From NCBI GenBank assembly GCA_965248995.1, contig CBDFKY010000006.1, forward strand, positions 430,610 to 494,609: DNA of 64,000 bases. The letters run 5' to 3'. Below, one piece after another: positions 16,537 to 24,528 of this stretch. This DNA is from Rickettsiales bacterium. Its GTDB lineage: Bacteria; Pseudomonadota; Alphaproteobacteria; Rickettsiales; UBA998. The notes beneath the pieces are model-generated. The model was not told the origin of the DNA, ran no database searches, and worked only from the letters and a program-made list of their open reading frames with translations. The position numbers and the translations under genes are program-made. The stretch's first letter is position 1, and each line of letters opens with the position of its first letter.

Positions 16537-18318
16537 ATGGCACAGCCGAAATCCCAATCAGATCCCGTCGTCGCTACGCAGGAGGTGCCGATGACTGGAG
16601 CGCAGATGCTGATCCGCGCCATCGCCGATAACGGCATCGACACCATCTTCGGATATCCGGGCGGCGCGGTGCTGCCGATTTATGACGCGCTGTTTCAGCA
16701 GGATGCGGTGCGCCATATCCTGGTGCGCCATGAACAGGGCGCAACGCATGCGGCGGAAGGGTATGCACGTTCCACCGGCAAAGCGGGCGTGGTGCTTGTT
16801 ACTTCCGGGCCGGGGGCGACCAATACCATCACCGGCATTACGGACGCGCTGATGGATTCCATCCCGCTGGTGGTCATCACCGGGCAGGTGCCGAGCCACC
16901 TGATCGGTTCCGACGCGTTTCAGGAAGCCGATACGACCGGTATCACCCGTTCCTGCTCCAAGCATAACTATCTGGTGCAGTCGATCCACGACCTGCCGCG
17001 TATCCTGCATGAAGCCTTTCATATCGCGACGACGGGAAGGCCCGGACCGGTGGTGGTGGATATTCCGAAGGACATCCAGAACCAGCAGGGAATGTATCGC
17101 ACCAAAGGGGAAGTGAAGCGCCCTTCCTATAACCCGGTAGCCGAACCGGATACGGCTGCGATCGAACGGGCGATCGAGTTGATGGCGAACGCGGAAAAAC
17201 CGGTATTCTATACCGGTGGCGGCGTGATCAACGCGGGCGTGGCGGCGAGTGAAAAATTACGCGAACTGGTGCGCCTGACCGGATTTCCCATCACGTCGAC
17301 CCTGATGGGGCTCGGCTCATATCCCGGCACGGACAGGCAATTCCTGAAAATGCTGGGAATGCACGGTTCGCTGGAAGCCAATATGGCGATGGCGGAATGC
17401 GATGTGATGATCAATATCGGCGCACGGTTCGACGACCGGGTGACGGGACGGCTGGACGGGTTCTCGCCGCGTTCCAAAAAGATTCATATCGACATCGACG
17501 CCAGTTCTTTCAACAAAACGGTCAAAGTGGACGTGCCGATCAAGGGAGATGCTCTCAGAGTGCTGGAACTGCTGATCGCCGCCTGGAAAAAACGCGCGGC
17601 GAAACCGGACATCGCCGCATGGTGGAAGCAGATCGAGATGTGGCGCGCTCGCAAGAGCTTTTCCTACCGACAGGCCGAAAGCGGTCCGATCAAACCGCAG
17701 CACGCGCTTGCCCGTCTGAACGCGCTGACCTCGGGCAGGGACCGCTACGTCACCACCGATGTCGGCCAGCATCAGATGTGGGCGGCGCAGTTCCTGGATT
17801 ATGAGGAACCGAACCGCTGGATGACTTCGGGAGGGCTCGGGACGATGGGTTACGGCCTGCCCGCGGCCATCGGCGTGCAGATCGCCCATCCGGACAAGCC
17901 GGTGATCTGCGTTACCGGCGAAGCTTCGTTCATGATGAATATCCAGGAGCTGGCCACGGCCGTGCAGTATCGCCTGCCGGTGAAGGTCCTGTTGCTCAAT
18001 AACGGTTATATGGGCATGGTGCGCCAGTGGCAGCAGATGTTCCACGGGGATCGCCATTCGCAGTCCTACATGGAGTCGCTACCCGATTTCGTGAAGCTGG
18101 CGGAAGCGTTCGGACTGAAAGGGATGCGCTGTGTCACGCTGGCCGACGTGGACGGATGCCTGAAAACCATGATGGATCACGACGGGCCGGTGCTGCTAGA
18201 TATGGTAGTCGATCCCTCCGAAAACGTGTACCCGATGATTCCTGCCGGTGCCGCCCATCATGAGCTGGTGCTCGGTGCGGAAGAAAAGACCGGTTCGCTG
18301 GATACGTCGCAAGTATAG
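16537..18318 (+). CDS. ilvI: Acetolactate synthase (acetohydroxyacid synthase) large subunit
   Basis: 593 aa, ThDP-dependent enzyme. Motifs: GYPGGAVLPIYDAL, GPGATN, GGLGTMGYGLPAAIG, and the ThDP motif LNNGYMGMVRQWQ. Confidence 0.9.
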   Translation: MAQPKSQSDPVVATQEVPMTGAQMLIRAIADNGIDTIFGYPGGAVLPIYDALFQQDAVRHILVRHEQGATHAAEGYARSTGKAGVVLVTSGPGATNTITGITDALMDSIPLVVITGQVPSHLIGSDAFQEADTTGITRSCSKHNYLVQSIHDLPRILHEAFHIATTGRPGPVVVDIPKDIQNQQGMYRTKGEVKRPSYNPVAEPDTAAIERAIELMANAEKPVFYTGGGVINAGVAASEKLRELVRLTGFPITSTLMGLGSYPGTDRQFLKMLGMHGSLEANMAMAECDVMINIGARFDDRVTGRLDGFSPRSKKIHIDIDASSFNKTVKVDVPIKGDALRVLELLIAAWKKRAAKPDIAAWWKQIEMWRARKSFSYRQAESGPIKPQHALARLNALTSGRDRYVTTDVGQHQMWAAQFLDYEEPNRWMTSGGLGTMGYGLPAAIGVQIAHPDKPVICVTGEASFMMNIQELATAVQYRLPVKVLLLNNGYMGMVRQWQQMFHGDRHSQSYMESLPDFVKLAEAFGLKGMRCVTLADVDGCLKTMMDHDGPVLLDMVVDPSENVYPMIPAGAAHHELVLGAEEKTGSLDTSQV

Positions 18319-18330
18319 CCCGCGCTTATC

Positions 18331-19317
18331 ATGATCGAACTGGTGCGCTACGAAGACATCATCCAGCCGTTCATGCTGCATCATTCGGTGGTGCGCGGGC
18401 GGATGGTACGGCTGGGCGAGGCGCTCGGCGCGATTCTCTCCCGCCATGCCTATCCCGAACCTGTCAGCCGGTCGCTCGGCGAACTGCTGCTGCTCGGGGC
18501 GATGCTTTCCGCCAACCTGCCGGAGAAAGGGATTCTTACGCTGCAGATTAAAGGTAACGGACCGGTGCCGTTGATGGTGGTGGACGTGCAGGCGGACGGC
18601 AACATTCGCGGCTATGCCACGGTGACGGACGAAGCGCGGGATGAGCTTTCGGTATTGCCAGCCTCACCTGCGCTCGCCGAACTATTCGGAACCGGTTATC
18701 TGGCCATTACGCTCGATACGCCGCACGGTGAACCGTATCAAGGGATCGTACCCCTGGAAGGGGCGAATTTATCGGAAGCGGTGGCGCATTACTTCACGCA
18801 GTCCCAGCAACTGGACGTGATGTTTCATCTGGCGATTACGCGCCGGACGGAGGAGGAGACGGCCCACTGGATCGCCGCGGGGATCATGCTGGAGCGGATG
18901 CCGGATGCCCGGATGCCGGATGCCCGGATGCCGGATGCCCGGATGCCGGATGCCCGGATGCCGGATGCCCGGAACTCCGGTGGAAACCATGAAGAAATTG
19001 AAATAGTGCAGGAAGCGGCGCAGCCCTGGGAGTACCAGTCCCTGCTAGTGCTCACCGCCACCGATGAGGAACTCTGTGATCCGTATCTCGCGCCGGGCGC
19101 TCTGCTCTACCGGCTTTTCAATGAAGAGGGAGTATGGGTCTATGATACGCAACCACTGCAAGACCGTTGTCGCTGCTCTCGAGAAAAAATATCGCATGTG
19201 CTGGAACAACTGCCCGCGGCGGAAGTCGAAGAGCTGTATGAAAACGGCGTGATCTCCGTCACCTGCCAGTTTTGTAGCCGCGAGGAACGGTTTACGCATG
19301 AGGATGTCTCGGCGTAG
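18331..19317 (+). CDS. hslO: Redox-regulated chaperone Hsp33
   Basis: 328 aa with the C-terminal zinc centre CRCS...CQFC and an Hsp33-like N-domain. Confidence 0.9.
   Translation: MIELVRYEDIIQPFMLHHSVVRGRMVRLGEALGAILSRHAYPEPVSRSLGELLLLGAMLSANLPEKGILTLQIKGNGPVPLMVVDVQADGNIRGYATVTDEARDELSVLPASPALAELFGTGYLAITLDTPHGEPYQGIVPLEGANLSEAVAHYFTQSQQLDVMFHLAITRRTEEETAHWIAAGIMLERMPDARMPDARMPDARMPDARMPDARNSGGNHEEIEIVQEAAQPWEYQSLLVLTATDEELCDPYLAPGALLYRLFNEEGVWVYDTQPLQDRCRCSREKISHVLEQLPAAEVEELYENGVISVTCQFCSREERFTHEDVSA
18898..18972 (+). repeat. Perfect tandem repeat, 5 x 15 bp (ATGCCGGATGCCCGG), in frame within hslO (MPDAR x5)
   Basis: Read directly from the sequence. Each unit is itself a 7+8 nt sub-repeat (ATGCCGG/ATGCCCGG). 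Confidence 0.95.
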
Positions 19318-19322
19318 CGGTC

Positions 19323-19342
19323 ATTCCCGCGCAGGCGGGAAT
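19323..19342. terminator. REP-like GC hairpin ATTCCCGC-GCAG-GCGGGAAT between the convergent hslO and XRE genes
   Basis: 8-bp perfect stem. The sequence GTCATTCCCGCGCAGGCGGGAATCCAG translates as VIPAQAGIQ / DSRLRGND, a repeat type I recall from amoeba-associated bacteria. Confidence 0.4.
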
Positions 19343-19363
19343 CCAGCATCATAACCTTTAAAA

Positions 19364-19621
19364 TTATTTCATCTTGCCTTCGATAAACGCCACCACGTCC
19401 CCTCGCAATTCCAGCCCTTCCAGCCACCTGTCCAGTTCCATCAACCCCAGCTCGCGCACGAAATTCTCCACCTTGGAGATGTCGTAGCGCGGAATGCCGA
19501 TGCGCTCCGACAACTGCTCCTGCGTGATGCCCTTCGCTTTGCGATGCCGGGTAAGATGGTCGATCAACGCGCGGTACTGCGGGTCATAGATGGCTTTGTC
19601 ACGCACACGTAGTAATTGCAC
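19364..19621 (-). CDS. XRE-family helix-turn-helix transcriptional regulator
   Basis: 85 aa with the HTH_3 pattern KGITQEQLSERIGIPRYDISKVEN. It is divergent from the RTX gene. Confidence 0.75.
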   Translation of the reverse strand: MQLLRVRDKAIYDPQYRALIDHLTRHRKAKGITQEQLSERIGIPRYDISKVENFVRELGLMELDRWLEGLELRGDVVAFIEGKMK

Positions 19622-19709
19622 CTCTGCTTGAATGTTCTTGCAGAGACTCGCATATTCCGGTATAAGTGCGAATTACGCACAGAACTGGTAGGATTTGGAG
19701 AGCGCATCT

Positions 19710-21713
19710 ATGGCCATTATCAACGGAACACCCGGCAACGACACACTCGACGGCACAACGGCGGATGATACCATCAACGGCGGCACGGGCGATGATGTAT
19801 TAAGTGGTCATGAGGGCAGCGATACATATGTAGTCGGTTTTAATAGTGGGCATGATACTATTTCACCATCTTATGAAAGTTTTCAAGAAACCAATGTCAT
19901 TCAGTTAGAAGCGAACGTCACACTAAGTGATCTACGTTTCACACGATCAACAGGACTTGATTTAGAAATTCATATAGGGACATCATCCTCAGTATATATA
20001 CCAGCACAACATCCCTACGGTTTGATAAGCGTTGATCATGTTTTGTTCAGTGATGGAACATCCTTTGACGTCAGAGGCAGTATATACTCCGTCGGTACAG
20101 ATGGAAATGATATATTGCATTCAAGATTAGGAGGAAAAGACACCATTGAAGGCGGCAAAGGCGATGATTTAATATATGGGGCGAATGACGGAGGCGATAC
20201 CACATTCATCATCGGCAAGAATGATGGTAATGATACCATTCAAGGCGATTACGGAAAAATTATTTTGAAAGATGGAATTTCTGTCGACGACTTGCGGTTT
20301 GTGTTTAACTCATATCACACCCTTAAAATATTTATTGATGAAACCTCTTCGGTACAGTTTTCTTATGATCCCTATCAAGGAAGATCAACATCCGTTCTTT
20401 TAGAAGATGGTACGCCTGTTTCAATCCATACACTTACAGGGACGCAGGGCAACGATGATCTCTCCACTTCAGATTATGACAGCACATTTCCCTACATCTT
20501 AAAGGGATTGGGAGGTAACGACACCTTAAGTGGTAATTTTGGTGACAACATTTTAATCGGTGGTACTGGCAATGACAGTATGAATGGAATCTATGGAAAT
20601 GATACCTACATCATCGGCTATAATGAAGGAAATGATACGATTAGTACTGATTATAATTATCAAAGCAGTATCATCCAATTTGGTGAAGGCATCCACCCAG
20701 AAGACCTTACTTTCGCGCGCACTCCTTTTTACAATTACGCGTATGATCTCAAAATCAGTATTGGCAATCTATCATCGGTCACGATTCAGGCGATTGAGAA
20801 TGATAATCCACTGATACCCTTACTGCATTTTGCTGACGGTACGATAGTGGATCTGCACTCTTATTTCCCTAATCACGGTACCGAGGCCGCTGACCACATG
20901 AACGGCACAGATTTTAACGATCTTTTCACCGGCTTAGGCGGTGACGACACTATCACCGGGGCAAAAGGGAATGATACGCTGGATGGAGGAGAGGGCAACG
21001 ACTCCCTGAATGGCGGTTTCAACAACGATAGCCTGCTTGGCGGTAACGGCAATGATACCCTCCTTGGCGGCGATCAGGACGATACGTTACAAGGCGACGC
21101 AGGGAATGATTTCCTCAACGGTCAGGGCGGCAAGGATATGCTCTTCGGCGGGGAGGGGAACGACACGTTACTGGGCGACGGTTTCAACGATACGCTCTAC
21201 GGTGGTAACGGGGATGATTCGCTCGATGGCGGGCAGCAGGACGATCTGCTGTACGGCGGCGCGGGCAATGACACGCTGGAAGGATATGTCGGCAACGATA
21301 CCCTCTACGGCGAAGACGGCAATGACCTGATCCGTGGCAATCGCGGGGCGGACAGCATTGACGCAGGTGCTGGGGATGATACGATCAACGGAGGCATTGG
21401 TGGCGACACGCTGACCGGTGGTGCGGGCGCGGATATGTTTATCTACGCTGCCACCTCCGACAGCTTTAACAAAATCGCGGGCGGCATCGACACCATCACC
21501 GACTTTGAACATGGCGTTGACCATCTCATCCTTACCGGCCTGCATTTCACCGGCCTGGATACCGACGGCGGGCCTACCGAAAAAGGGGAACTGCGCCTTG
21601 TCTATGATGCGGCGAGCAACCTCACCCATATCCATTCCGACCAGACAGGATTTGACGTGGCGCTCATCGGGAATTACGCGGGTGTCATCACCAATAACGA
21701 TTTTGTGTTTTAA
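19710..21713 (+). CDS. RTX-type calcium-binding protein with three HCBP-related modules, GGxGxD nonapeptide repeats and a T1SS C-terminal target domain
   Basis: ATG at 19710 is preceded by GGAG. Many GGxGNDxL repeats (aa about 400-560). The C-terminus reads GIDTITDFEHGVDHLILTG...NDFVF. There are three N-terminal modules of about 130 aa ending ...FSDGT/LEDGT/FADGT. Confidence 0.85.
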   Translation: MAIINGTPGNDTLDGTTADDTINGGTGDDVLSGHEGSDTYVVGFNSGHDTISPSYESFQETNVIQLEANVTLSDLRFTRSTGLDLEIHIGTSSSVYIPAQHPYGLISVDHVLFSDGTSFDVRGSIYSVGTDGNDILHSRLGGKDTIEGGKGDDLIYGANDGGDTTFIIGKNDGNDTIQGDYGKIILKDGISVDDLRFVFNSYHTLKIFIDETSSVQFSYDPYQGRSTSVLLEDGTPVSIHTLTGTQGNDDLSTSDYDSTFPYILKGLGGNDTLSGNFGDNILIGGTGNDSMNGIYGNDTYIIGYNEGNDTISTDYNYQSSIIQFGEGIHPEDLTFARTPFYNYAYDLKISIGNLSSVTIQAIENDNPLIPLLHFADGTIVDLHSYFPNHGTEAADHMNGTDFNDLFTGLGGDDTITGAKGNDTLDGGEGNDSLNGGFNNDSLLGGNGNDTLLGGDQDDTLQGDAGNDFLNGQGGKDMLFGGEGNDTLLGDGFNDTLYGGNGDDSLDGGQQDDLLYGGAGNDTLEGYVGNDTLYGEDGNDLIRGNRGADSIDAGAGDDTINGGIGGDTLTGGAGADMFIYAATSDSFNKIAGGIDTITDFEHGVDHLILTGLHFTGLDTDGGPTEKGELRLVYDAASNLTHIHSDQTGFDVALIGNYAGVITNNDFVF

Positions 21714-21907
21714 AACTTATGCTTGATGCCCGCCTGTTTCATCATGGCATTGGCCAGCTCACGCGATTTTATCACCCCGTCCACGGTGATCCTATGATCG
21801 TGCTCCGGATGGGACCATAATTCATGGTCTCCCTTGGCCTGACGCTGAAAGCGCCATCCATGCGCGGTCAGTCGCTCGCAGACTTGCCGGTAATATCCCT
21901 TGGCCAT
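21710..21907 (-). CDS. hicA: HicA-family (YcfA-like) mRNA interferase toxin
   Basis: 65 aa, ...LTAHGWRFQRQAKGDHELWSHP...KSRELANAMMKQAGI. It overlaps the upstream DUF1902 gene by 1 nt. Confidence 0.75.
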   Translation of the reverse strand: MAKGYYRQVCERLTAHGWRFQRQAKGDHELWSHPEHDHRITVDGVIKSRELANAMMKQAGIKHKF

Positions 21908-22152
21908 TAATGAATACGCTGGGCAATGGCCGTGACTTCACTTATCAAATGGTATGGTATCTGGTCAACCAGTTCACCGTTGGCTTCCAGTAAATCAGGG
22001 ATAATCAGGTTCAATCGCGCTACCAAGGCTTGCGTCGTAGGCGCTTCCGTCGCCAATCCCGGTACATCCTCGCTGGTCGCCACCCACATTTCGGCTTCAC
22101 TATCCCAGACGGCTTTCACTACAATGGGTCTGAACATGGCTTTATCCTGCAT
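21907..22152 (-). CDS. DUF1902-type antitoxin partner of HicA (HicB N-domain-like)
   Basis: 81 aa with the pattern WDSEAEMWVATSEDVPGLATEAPTTQALVARLNLIIPDLLEANG, typical of DUF1902. Confidence 0.7.
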   Translation of the reverse strand: MQDKAMFRPIVVKAVWDSEAEMWVATSEDVPGLATEAPTTQALVARLNLIIPDLLEANGELVDQIPYHLISEVTAIAQRIH

Positions 22153-22222
22153 TACATGAATTGCCCAATGATAGCATGGCGACGCTCAAGATGAAAGGGC
22201 CCATCCTCTGTTCACTTCACCG

Positions 22223-22376
22223 TTTAAGAACCAGTCACGTAAACCCTTTTATGCACCTGCAAACGGTCAATTTACTGCGATTCGATGCTCATGTACCTTA
22301 AGTACACTGCGCTTCGAGTCTCGCAAATCAACCATTTTCGCTAGCCTAAAAAGGTTTACGTGACTGGTTCTAAGAA
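22223..22376. mobile_element. 154-bp element bounded by inverted repeats of about 25 bp (MITE-like or long structured RNA)
   Basis: The left arm TTTAAGAACCAGTCACGTAAACCCTTTT pairs with the right arm AAAAAGGTTTACGTGACTGGTTCTAAGAA (19-bp perfect core AGAACCAGTCACGTAAACC). It contains no ORF. Confidence 0.6.
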
Positions 22377-22384
22377 TGATGACG

Positions 22385-23149
22385 TCACTCCGGCGCGTTG
22401 CCCGTATCGCAGAAGATATGCACCACATACTGGCTGGCGATCTGCTCCAGACGGCGTTCGCTCAGTTCGATCACCGCGTCGCCCTGATCGTAATAAAGCC
22501 GGTAGGTATCGAGAAAGCCTTTCAATTCCGCCGCCGTGATGGCGATGTCGCTCTCCGAGATGACTTCCTGTTTGGCGGAAACCTCGTTCATCCGCATGAC
22601 CTTGCTTTTGGCGGTGACCACTCCCACCACGTTGCCGGCCATATCGAGCAGAGGTCCGCCGCTGTTGCCGTGCTGCGCCGCATCCGTGAACTGCAGCCAG
22701 CGCACTTCGCCCATCGGTCCGGCCAGCGCCTTGATGGTCGCGGTTTTGGTGACGTACGGGCTGTTGATGGAATTGGCTTCGGGGTAGCCCAGCAGGAACA
22801 CTTCGGCTTTTTCCTGGATACGGGTATGCATCCATCGCAGGCTCGCGACGCGTTCGGGGCGGTAGCCGGTCTCCAGTAAGGCCAGGTCCTTCTCCTTATC
22901 TATCCCGATCACTTTAGCAGGCAGGGGGCGCCGGTTCTCACCGGTGAAATAGACTTCATCCGGATTCTTGCAGGGCACCACCACATGGGCGTTGGTGATC
23001 AGCTGACCCTGATGGCTGACGAAAAATCCCGTGCCGCTGGAGAGCTGGTATTGCTTCGCTTCGCTGACGCAGGGCACCATGAAAGCGAAAAGCAGCAGGA
23101 GAATGAGTAACCGTTTCATAAGACGATAGTACCGCGATTTTCTTACCAA
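22385..23149 (-). CDS. Secreted trypsin-like (S1, DegP-like without PDZ) serine protease
   Basis: Signal peptide MKRLLILLLLFAFMVPCVSEA (alternative start 23119). Catalytic-triad context: TNAHVV (His), DLALL (Asp), GNSGGPL (Ser). Confidence 0.8.
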   Translation of the reverse strand: MVRKSRYYRLMKRLLILLLLFAFMVPCVSEAKQYQLSSGTGFFVSHQGQLITNAHVVVPCKNPDEVYFTGENRRPLPAKVIGIDKEKDLALLETGYRPERVASLRWMHTRIQEKAEVFLLGYPEANSINSPYVTKTATIKALAGPMGEVRWLQFTDAAQHGNSGGPLLDMAGNVVGVVTAKSKVMRMNEVSAKQEVISESDIAITAAELKGFLDTYRLYYDQGDAVIELSERRLEQIASQYVVHIFCDTGNAPE

Positions 23150-23271
23150 GGCGTAAAAAAAATATGTGAGCTTTCGTTTGTTACGTATTTATAACCTTGA
23201 ATTCATTTGTTGTTTTACACCACACGCGTCATAGTCGCCATACATAAGATTTAACATGGCTTAGGAACAGC

Positions 23272-24528
23272 ATGAAGCGCATCGCGATTATCGGTACCGG
23301 CATTTCGGGGCTGGCTGCCGCGTACCTGCTGCATCGTTCCTACGATATCACCGTGTATGAAAAGGATGCGACGCCCGGAGGCCATTCGCGCACGATCGAC
23401 GTGGAAACCGGGGCTCGACGCATTCCGGTGGATACCGGATTCATCGTGTTCAACAACCGTACGTATCCGCATCTGAGCGCGTTGTTCAGTCATCTGAACG
23501 TTCCGATCGCGAAGAGCGACATGTCGCTCGGACTGAGTCTGGAAGGCGGCAGGTTCGAATGGGGGTGCCAGGGGTTGAAGGCGGTGCTGGCGCAACGGAG
23601 CAACGCTTTGAAGCCGCGGTTCTGGGGAATGATCCGCGATATCCTGCGCTTCAACAAGATCGCGATGGGTTATGTGGAGCAACATCCGGACCTGACGCTC
23701 GGCGAAATGCTGACCCGCCTGCAGATGGGAGAAGATTTCCGCCATCGTTTCCTGCTGCCGACCGCCGGGGCAGTGTGGAGTTCTTCCCCAGAGCAGATAC
23801 TGGATTTTCCCGCCCTCAGTTTCGTGACGTTTTTTCATCATCACGGCCTGCTTTCGGTGAACGGCCAGCCGCAATGGCTGACGGTAGCGGGAGGCTCGAA
23901 GGAATATGTGGCGCGCGTGACCGCTCCGTTCGCGGAGCGCATAAAGCTCAACAGTCCGGTCGAAAGAGTGATGCGGTATGATTCCCACGTCGAAATAACG
24001 ACGAGGGACGGCGAACAGGAGCGCTATGACGGGGTAGTGATCGCCTCCCACAGTGATCAGGCCCTGCGTATGCTGGGGGACGCCGGTGAGGAGGAGAAAG
24101 ATATTCTGGGCGCTATTCCCTACCAGAACAACCGCGCGTATCTTCACCGTGATCCTTCACTGATGCCTAAGCGCCATGCCTGCTGGTCGAGCTGGAATTA
24201 CCTGTCGGACAGCGCCGTGGACGAGCGTACCCGCATCACGGTGACGTACTGGATGAACCGCCTGCAGAACATTTCAAATGATACGCCCCTGTTCGTCACG
24301 CTCAATCCGCATACGCCGCCACGCGCCGAGCTGATCATCGACGAACATATGTTCGAGCATCCGGTCTATTCGCTGGAAATGCTGGCGGCGCAGAAGCGCG
24401 TCCCGCAGATACAGGGAAAACGCCGGACCTGGTTCTGCGGCGCCTGGCAGCGTTACGGGTTTCATGAGGACGGCATGAAAAGCGCGGTGGATGTGGCCCG
24501 GCAGCTCGGATGCGAGGTGCCGTGGTGA
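23272..24528 (+). CDS. FAD/NAD(P)-binding amine-oxidase-like oxidoreductase
   Basis: N-terminal dinucleotide fold RIAIIGTGISGLAAAYLL. It is the first gene of the conserved oxidoreductase-DUF1365-CFA synthase cluster. Confidence 0.8.
   Translation: MKRIAIIGTGISGLAAAYLLHRSYDITVYEKDATPGGHSRTIDVETGARRIPVDTGFIVFNNRTYPHLSALFSHLNVPIAKSDMSLGLSLEGGRFEWGCQGLKAVLAQRSNALKPRFWGMIRDILRFNKIAMGYVEQHPDLTLGEMLTRLQMGEDFRHRFLLPTAGAVWSSSPEQILDFPALSFVTFFHHHGLLSVNGQPQWLTVAGGSKEYVARVTAPFAERIKLNSPVERVMRYDSHVEITTRDGEQERYDGVVIASHSDQALRMLGDAGEEEKDILGAIPYQNNRAYLHRDPSLMPKRHACWSSWNYLSDSAVDERTRITVTYWMNRLQNISNDTPLFVTLNPHTPPRAELIIDEHMFEHPVYSLEMLAAQKRVPQIQGKRRTWFCGAWQRYGFHEDGMKSAVDVARQLGCEVPW

Noticed and set aside
18898-18972. 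The tandem repeat as a possible CRISPR array.
   Set aside because: The 15-bp units are directly abutting with no spacers, they are in frame inside hslO, and no cas genes are present.
19710-20900. The AT-rich first half of the RTX gene as evidence for a chimeric gene.
   Set aside because: The C-terminal half is dominated by Gly/Asp/Asn nonapeptides encoded by GGC/GAC, which by itself raises GC. The shift may be compositional rather than recombinational, so I kept it only as a caveat within the RTX finding.
23150-23271. An RpoE/ChrR-type (singlet-oxygen ECF) promoter upstream of the lipid-modification operon.
   Set aside because: A TAAGA pentamer is present (CATAAGATTT), but no TGATC-like -35 element lies at the right distance. 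This is not supportable by eye.
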